From contig NVUB02000027.1 in assembly GCA_002401775.2 (NCBI GenBank), positions 11,249 through 75,248 of the forward strand: a DNA stretch of 64,000 bases, given 5' to 3'. Below, in pieces: positions 59,724 to 64,000 of this stretch. The notes under the pieces are model-generated. The model was not told where the DNA came from and did not search any database. It saw only the letters and a list, made by a program, of their open reading frames with translations. A program made the translations under genes and the position numbers. Every line of letters starts with the position of its first letter. Within the stretch, counting starts at the first letter, position 1. This DNA comes from Ectothiorhodospiraceae bacterium (GTDB taxonomy: Bacteria > Pseudomonadota > Gammaproteobacteria > SZUA-152).

Positions 59724-59734
59724 TTACTCTTGGC

Positions 59735-59741
59735 ATCTAAC
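59735..59741 (-). other. attI-type recombination junction (core GTTAGAT) preceding cassette 1
   Basis: The minus strand has GTTAGAT, which matches GTTRRRY, 11 nt upstream of the cassette-1 ATG. TTAGATGC pairs with GCACCTAA of attC1 with one mismatch. Confidence 0.45.
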
Positions 59742-60052
59742 AGTTGTATATAACGCACGCTCGTTTACCCATTTTCAACACATCCCGAGTATCGCCATAA
59801 GCTAATGAATTTACTAGATTTTCACAATATAACGCATTTAAACGGTGTTGCAAAATGAGCGTGCCTCATATCCCCCCATTTATGGTCGCAGTATACACCG
59901 ACCGAATTATCACAACCCATTGTTTTTGCTGTATTTGTTAAGACATCACAAGATAAAAATGCGCATCTTCAGGTTGCAAAACGAGAACATTTATTGGCTT
60001 CTCAAAAATACACTGTGGAAATGACCAGCAGTTAGCCGTCAAGGAGTCCATA

Positions 60053-60176
60053 GTGAAATATCCCTTTATTCAGTCTATTCGCGCTGACATTCGCCTTCGT
60101 GGGTATAGCATTCGGCGTACTACATTAAAAACAAGGAAAACAAACACCCATTTTACAGAAAGTGGTCAGCCTAAAT
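60053..60176 (+). pseudogene. intI: integron integrase (intI) N-terminal stump
   Basis: AAGGAG-N6-GTG then VKYPFIQSIRADIRLRGYSIR, which matches the remembered IntI N-terminus (PFLxSVxxxxRxRHYSxRTE). After a frameshift or deletion it reads AYYIKNKENKHP (compare AYxxWIxxxIxFHNKxHP), then stops. It is divergent from the cassette array. Confidence 0.6.
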
Positions 60177-60247
60177 TTTAATTGTGATTTACTGACATGG
60201 TACGAGTAAATTCCTAAAACTTAAACGCTGACACCATACTATACAAC

Positions 60248-60500
60248 ACGATAACCTAACAAATGGAGTCCAATTACTCTCAATTTACAGATATAAACCC
60301 AGGTATTTTCTGCTTAAATAAATCTGATATCCGTCTTACGTGTCGGCAGTTCAGCCTGGGCATATACAACGTACCCGCCCTCGCTAATTGAACTTAACAA
60401 CAACGATAACAACAACACAATAACCTAATATACAGTAGACACGATAACCTAAAAATAGTACAACCTAATAACCTAAATATAGGGAAACCGATTAACCTAA
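60248..60500 (+). repeat. six copies of AACCTAA (two as ACGATAACCTAA) upstream of the 516-aa Fic gene
   Basis: Copies start at 60253, 60422, 60446, 60462, 60470 and 60494. The last five lie within 80 bp of the ATG at 60509, with spacings of 24, 16, 8 and 24 nt. Confidence 0.7.
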
Positions 60501-60508
60501 TAACAGGG

Positions 60509-62059
60509 ATGATTATGGCTGCACCACCTGACAAGCTGGCACTCTCTTTGGAGGCATTAAAAACCCTACAGGATTATGGGCTTACTGCTATTCATACGAC
60601 GAAAATAACCCGCACTCACCGCGAACGGCTGCTTAAAAACGGGTTTATCAAGGAGGTGTTTAAGGGGTGGTATATTTCGTCTCGCCCTGACGAGCCGACA
60701 GGTGAAAGTACCGCCTGGTACGCCTCATTCTGGGGCTTTTGTGCTGATTATTTACATTCCCGCTTTGATGAGAGCTGGTGCCTTTGCCCTGAGCAGTCTC
60801 TTAGCATCCATACCGGTAATTGGAGCGTTCCCAAGCAATTGTTGGTACGCTCTCCACAAGGTGGCAATAAGCCTATATCCCTGCTCCACGAAACATCTAT
60901 TTTCGATGTCCGTCTGGCGCTGCCTGATCAACAAGACCTGACAACTATCGACGGTATTCAAATTTTAAGCCTTCCCGCAGCGTTGGTTACTTGCTCACCG
61001 CGACATTTTACTGCGCACCCTATTGAAACGCGCGCGGCATTGGCGATGATTTCCAATGCTTCTGACATTTTGCACCGATTATTACGCGGTGATCACAGTA
61101 AGGTGGCTGGCCGCCTAGCGGGCGCCTTCCGGAACATTGGTCGGGATTCTATTGCTGACAATATTGTTCAAACAATGAAGTCAGCTGGGTATGCCGTGTC
61201 GGAGAATGACCCCTTTCACGATAAGCCACCAATCCCACTTTCAACACGCGAAGTATCTCCTTACGTCAATCGACTACGGATGAGCTGGGCCGCTATGCGC
61301 GCGACTGTCATAAATCATTTTCCCTCTCCACCGTCCCAAAAAATTGATGCGCAAAGCTATCTCAAGCACGTTGATGATCTCTATGTTACCGATGCCTATC
61401 ATTCCTTATTTATCGAAGGCTATCAGGTGAGTGCTGAATTAATAGAGCGCGTACGCAGTGGCGATTGGAATCCGGATACAGATTCTGCTACTTCTCCTGA
61501 CATTGACCGTAACCACAAAGATGCATTGGCTGCGCGAGGATATTGGCAAGCATTCCAAGCGGTTAAAGAAAGCGTTATACAGGTACTCGGTGATAATCAG
61601 GAAGGGGCTGCTGGCAAGGTCGCCGAAAAAGATTATGAAAAATGGTACAGAGAATTATTTTCGCCAAGCGTGACAGCAGGTATTATTGATGCCACAGATT
61701 TAGCCGGTTACCGCAATCACCCTGTCTATATTCGTCACTCAAAGCACGCGCCGCCGAATTACCAGGCAGTGCGCGAGCTAATGCCCACTTTTTTTGATTT
61801 ATTACAAAATGAAAAAGACCCTGCTGTTAATATAGTGTTGGGACATTACTTTTTTGTTTATATCCATCCGTACATGGATGGCAATGGACGCATTGGGCGA
61901 TTTTTAATGAATGTCATGCTGGCAAGCGGCGGCTACCCTTGGACGGTTGTTCCCGTTGAGCAGCGCAGTGCTTATATGGCCGCTCTGGAAGAAGCCAGCG
62001 TTAACCACAACATTATTCCCTTCACTCAGTTTTTGGCGCAATTAGTTAAAACTGAATAA
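60509..62059 (+). CDS. large Fic-domain protein (516 aa) with about 250-aa N-terminal extension
   Basis: Fic motif HPYMDGNGRIGR and the upstream inhibitory motif SLFIEG. The N-terminal half is of unassigned family, possibly an AbiEi-like wHTH. Confidence 0.85.
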   Translation: MIMAAPPDKLALSLEALKTLQDYGLTAIHTTKITRTHRERLLKNGFIKEVFKGWYISSRPDEPTGESTAWYASFWGFCADYLHSRFDESWCLCPEQSLSIHTGNWSVPKQLLVRSPQGGNKPISLLHETSIFDVRLALPDQQDLTTIDGIQILSLPAALVTCSPRHFTAHPIETRAALAMISNASDILHRLLRGDHSKVAGRLAGAFRNIGRDSIADNIVQTMKSAGYAVSENDPFHDKPPIPLSTREVSPYVNRLRMSWAAMRATVINHFPSPPSQKIDAQSYLKHVDDLYVTDAYHSLFIEGYQVSAELIERVRSGDWNPDTDSATSPDIDRNHKDALAARGYWQAFQAVKESVIQVLGDNQEGAAGKVAEKDYEKWYRELFSPSVTAGIIDATDLAGYRNHPVYIRHSKHAPPNYQAVRELMPTFFDLLQNEKDPAVNIVLGHYFFVYIHPYMDGNGRIGRFLMNVMLASGGYPWTVVPVEQRSAYMAALEEASVNHNIIPFTQFLAQLVKTE

Positions 62060-62167
62060 AAGTGTAAATCCGTGCAAAAATTAATGCGCTCAAGGCGACA
62101 ATAATGTCCAATGGGTTTGTTAAAAATGTACACACGTTATTTAACGCTAACAAATGAAACAGTAAAT

Positions 62168-62623
62168 ATGAAAATTTGGGTAGATGCGGACGCTTGTCCT
62201 GTGGTGATTAAAGAAATTTTGTTCAAGGCGGCGATGCGTACGGGTGTTGAAACGACGCTTGTGGCGAATCAGTCGGTACGTATTCCACCTTCTCCACATA
62301 TTAAAATGCTACAAGTGAAGCCCGGTTTTGATGTGGCGGATGATGAGATTGTTAAGCTGGTGAATGTGGGTGATTTGGTGATTACGGCGGATATTCCGCT
62401 GGCGGCGGAGGTTATTGAAAAAGGTGGGCTTGCGCTGAATCCGCGCGGTGAGATGTATACGACGGATGATATTCGCGCTAAGTTAAATATGCGCGACTTT
62501 ATGGATACGATGCGGGCGAGTGGTGTTAATTCTGGTGGGCCACCGCCGTTAAACCAGAATGACCGGCAGACGTTTGCTAATAATTTGGACCGGTGGCTGA
62601 CGCGGGTGAAGAAAGGGCTGTAG
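62168..62623 (+). CDS. yaiI: YaiI/YqxD family protein (UPF0178/DUF188)
   Basis: [23 protein letters not shown]-terminus, characteristic of the family. 151 aa from ATG 62168. Confidence 0.85.
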   Translation: MKIWVDADACPVVIKEILFKAAMRTGVETTLVANQSVRIPPSPHIKMLQVKPGFDVADDEIVKLVNVGDLVITADIPLAAEVIEKGGLALNPRGEMYTTDDIRAKLNMRDFMDTMRASGVNSGGPPPLNQNDRQTFANNLDRWLTRVKKGL

Positions 62624-62892
62624 CCGTTTACTGACCAGTCGGGTCGCTGGCTGACACATATAAAGAAGTTGTCATAATGATGAATGGTTCAATCTGCGAT
62701 TCTTCATCACCGCCTACTACGTACGCTTTCGAGGGATTTACAATAAGACCTCTGCCTTTTATTTTTACGTCCTACCCATACCATCCATGCAACTTATTGA
62801 TAAATAGAAACAATCCATATTTTTCTTCCGCCCCACCTGTTCTAAAGTCCAACAATTCTTGACATATATTCCTTATCAGTTATATTCCTTAT

Positions 62893-63249
62893 ATGGAATG
62901 GGAAATCGAGTATACGGATGAATTCGAGGTATGGTGGAATAGTCTCAACGAGGCCGAGCAGGAGGATGTTGCGGCGGTAATTGGACTGCTAGCGCTAAAG
63001 GGCCCTCAGCTACCTTTTCCTCACAGCTCAGGCATTTCTAATTCCAGGCATAGCCATTTGCGTGAGTTACGCATTCAACATGCCGGAAAACCCTACCGTA
63101 CACTTTATGCTTTTGATCCTCGCCAGATGGCGATATTGCTGATTGGTGGCGATAAGACCGGCAATAGCCGATGGTACGATCAAAACATACCACTGGCTGA
63201 CAAGCTTTACGATGAGCACCTTGAAGAAATAGAGAACGAATTAACGTAG
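62893..63249 (+). CDS. type II toxin, RelE/HigB (Gp49-like) family
   Basis: 118 aa. LRELRIQHAGKPYRTLYAFDPRQMAILLIGGDK is typical. It is followed 10 nt later by an XRE antitoxin gene. Confidence 0.8.
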   Translation: MEWEIEYTDEFEVWWNSLNEAEQEDVAAVIGLLALKGPQLPFPHSSGISNSRHSHLRELRIQHAGKPYRTLYAFDPRQMAILLIGGDKTGNSRWYDQNIPLADKLYDEHLEEIENELT

Positions 63250-63259
63250 GAGAGTAGTA

Positions 63260-63592
63260 ATGGCCAAAAAATTCAGAGATTTACGGCAAACCATGAGTCC
63301 TGACGCTCAGGCACGCGCGCACGAAAAAACAATGGCAATGAAGACCGCTCTACCACTTGCGGAACTTCGTCAGGCTCGCCATTTCTCTCAAGTGCAGTTA
63401 GCTTCCGAGCTTGAAATTAAACAACCCGCTGTTGCCAAACTCGAAAAAAAAACGGACATGTATATTTCCACTTTACGCCGTTTTATTGAAGCAATGGGTG
63501 GGCAACTGGAAATTCGCGCACGTTTTGCCGAAGGCGATGTAGAAATAAATCAGTTTGAAGAGCTGGAAGATAAGCAACAATCGACCGGGTAA
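63260..63592 (+). CDS. XRE-family HTH antitoxin (HigA-like)
   Basis: LAELRQARHFSQVQLASELEIKQPAVAKLEKKTDMYISTLRRFIEAMGG HTH pattern. Confidence 0.85.
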   Translation: MAKKFRDLRQTMSPDAQARAHEKTMAMKTALPLAELRQARHFSQVQLASELEIKQPAVAKLEKKTDMYISTLRRFIEAMGGQLEIRARFAEGDVEINQFEELEDKQQSTG

Positions 63593-63836
63593 CTTTTCGT
63601 ACAAGACATATTATTTCTCGTCGCTCCGGCGCATCCCCTTTAGTGCATAGCCAGAGTTCCGAGGCAATTAGATGGCTTCTCGATTCCGGCACTTATGCCT
63701 CGGAGGGTATGCACTGGAAAAACGGGGTATGACTTAGCACTCAGCACTCAGTTTTTTCACGCCCTCATCCCGGCCTTCTCCCCATAGGGGAGAAGGGGAA
63801 ACCCGAGCTTCTACGCTAATTCTTAACTTTCTATCC

Positions 63837-64000
63837 TTAACTTTCTATCGTTGACTCTTTATCTTTGCTTTTTGGTTTAACTTTCAGCTTGGTGCGTTTT
63901 TCAGTTTTGCTGGCTGACGCTTTTTTTGTGACGGGTTTGTCACCTGCCGTTGCTGTCTTTCCCTCTGCATCTGCGCGGGTGATTTTTAACGCTCTGCCTG
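63837..64000 (-). CDS. C-terminal Lys-rich tail of an unidentified gene (5' end outside window)
   Basis: The minus-strand frame is open from the window edge to TAA (63839-63837): ...ALKITRADAEGKTATAGDKPVTKKASASKTEKRTKLKVKPKSKDKESTIES*. Confidence 0.35.
   Translation of the reverse strand, partial: GRALKITRADAEGKTATAGDKPVTKKASASKTEKRTKLKVKPKSKDKESTIES

Noticed and set aside
59755-59864. 110-bp imperfect hairpin (gcacgctc...cattttcaacac / gtgttgcaaaatg agcgtgc) upstream of cassette 1, considered as an extra attC
   Set aside because: No RYYYAAC partner lies at the symmetric position, and the arms are asymmetrically spaced relative to GTTAGAT. It is more likely part of the attI/promoter region. 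It was left unannotated.
60400-60505. Short repeats considered as a mini CRISPR array
   Set aside because: The repeat unit is only 7-12 nt, the spacings are irregular (8-24 nt), and there are no cas genes.
62677-62862. 61-aa ORF between yaiI and the HigB-like toxin
   Set aside because: It has a low-complexity Pro/Ser/Asn-rich translation and no SD. This is probably the promoter region of the toxin-antitoxin operon.

Overview
This is a chromosomal segment of a gammaproteobacterium. The species cannot be named from sequence alone. The backbone shows Pseudomonas-type synteny: pilP-pilQ-aroK-aroB-HD hydrolase-WGR-AAA/SPOR (DamX-like)-gltB-gltD-hemE. Ordinary core genes fill about 1-28.7 kb, 32-39.7 kb and 46.6-51.9 kb: YbjQ pair, M48 peptidase, GST, yaaA, phnA, ABC-F ATPase, yajD, malic enzyme, rpmE, Nif3, DegS/AlgW, mdh, DUF255 thioredoxin protein, IscA-like and ATP-grasp. 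Many intergenic gaps hold REP/BIME-like palindromes from several families.

Four parts are accessory or unusual.

(1) 19.2-22.5 kb encodes a stand-alone lipoprotein with 36 CxxCH heme sites (manual count).

(2) 28.9-31.7 kb is a scarred Fic locus. It holds an intact Fic gene, a duplicated Fic 3' end split by a MITE-like element, an IS110-type transposase stump, and a 246-aa orphan gene.

(3) 39.7-46.5 kb is an island. It contains two paralogous cold-shock-domain-like genes bracketing a small acidic ORF and an AP2-domain gene. It also carries a DUF2130/RmuC-like gene, a wHTH gene followed by a broken nucleotidyltransferase, a decayed HigB-like toxin with an intact antitoxin, a 5'-truncated mnmC and a decayed Y1 (RAYT-like) transposase.

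(4) 52-63.6 kb is AT-rich by eye. Its core is a decayed chromosomal integron: an intI stump at 60053-60176, an attI-type junction at 59741, and five co-oriented cassettes with attC sites down to 57100. Two further Fic-domain genes, a YcaQ-type glycosylase, yaiI and an intact HigBA-like pair sit around it.

No rRNA, tRNA or CRISPR array was recognised. All calls come from reading the sequence and ORF translations and from remembered family motifs. No searches were run.
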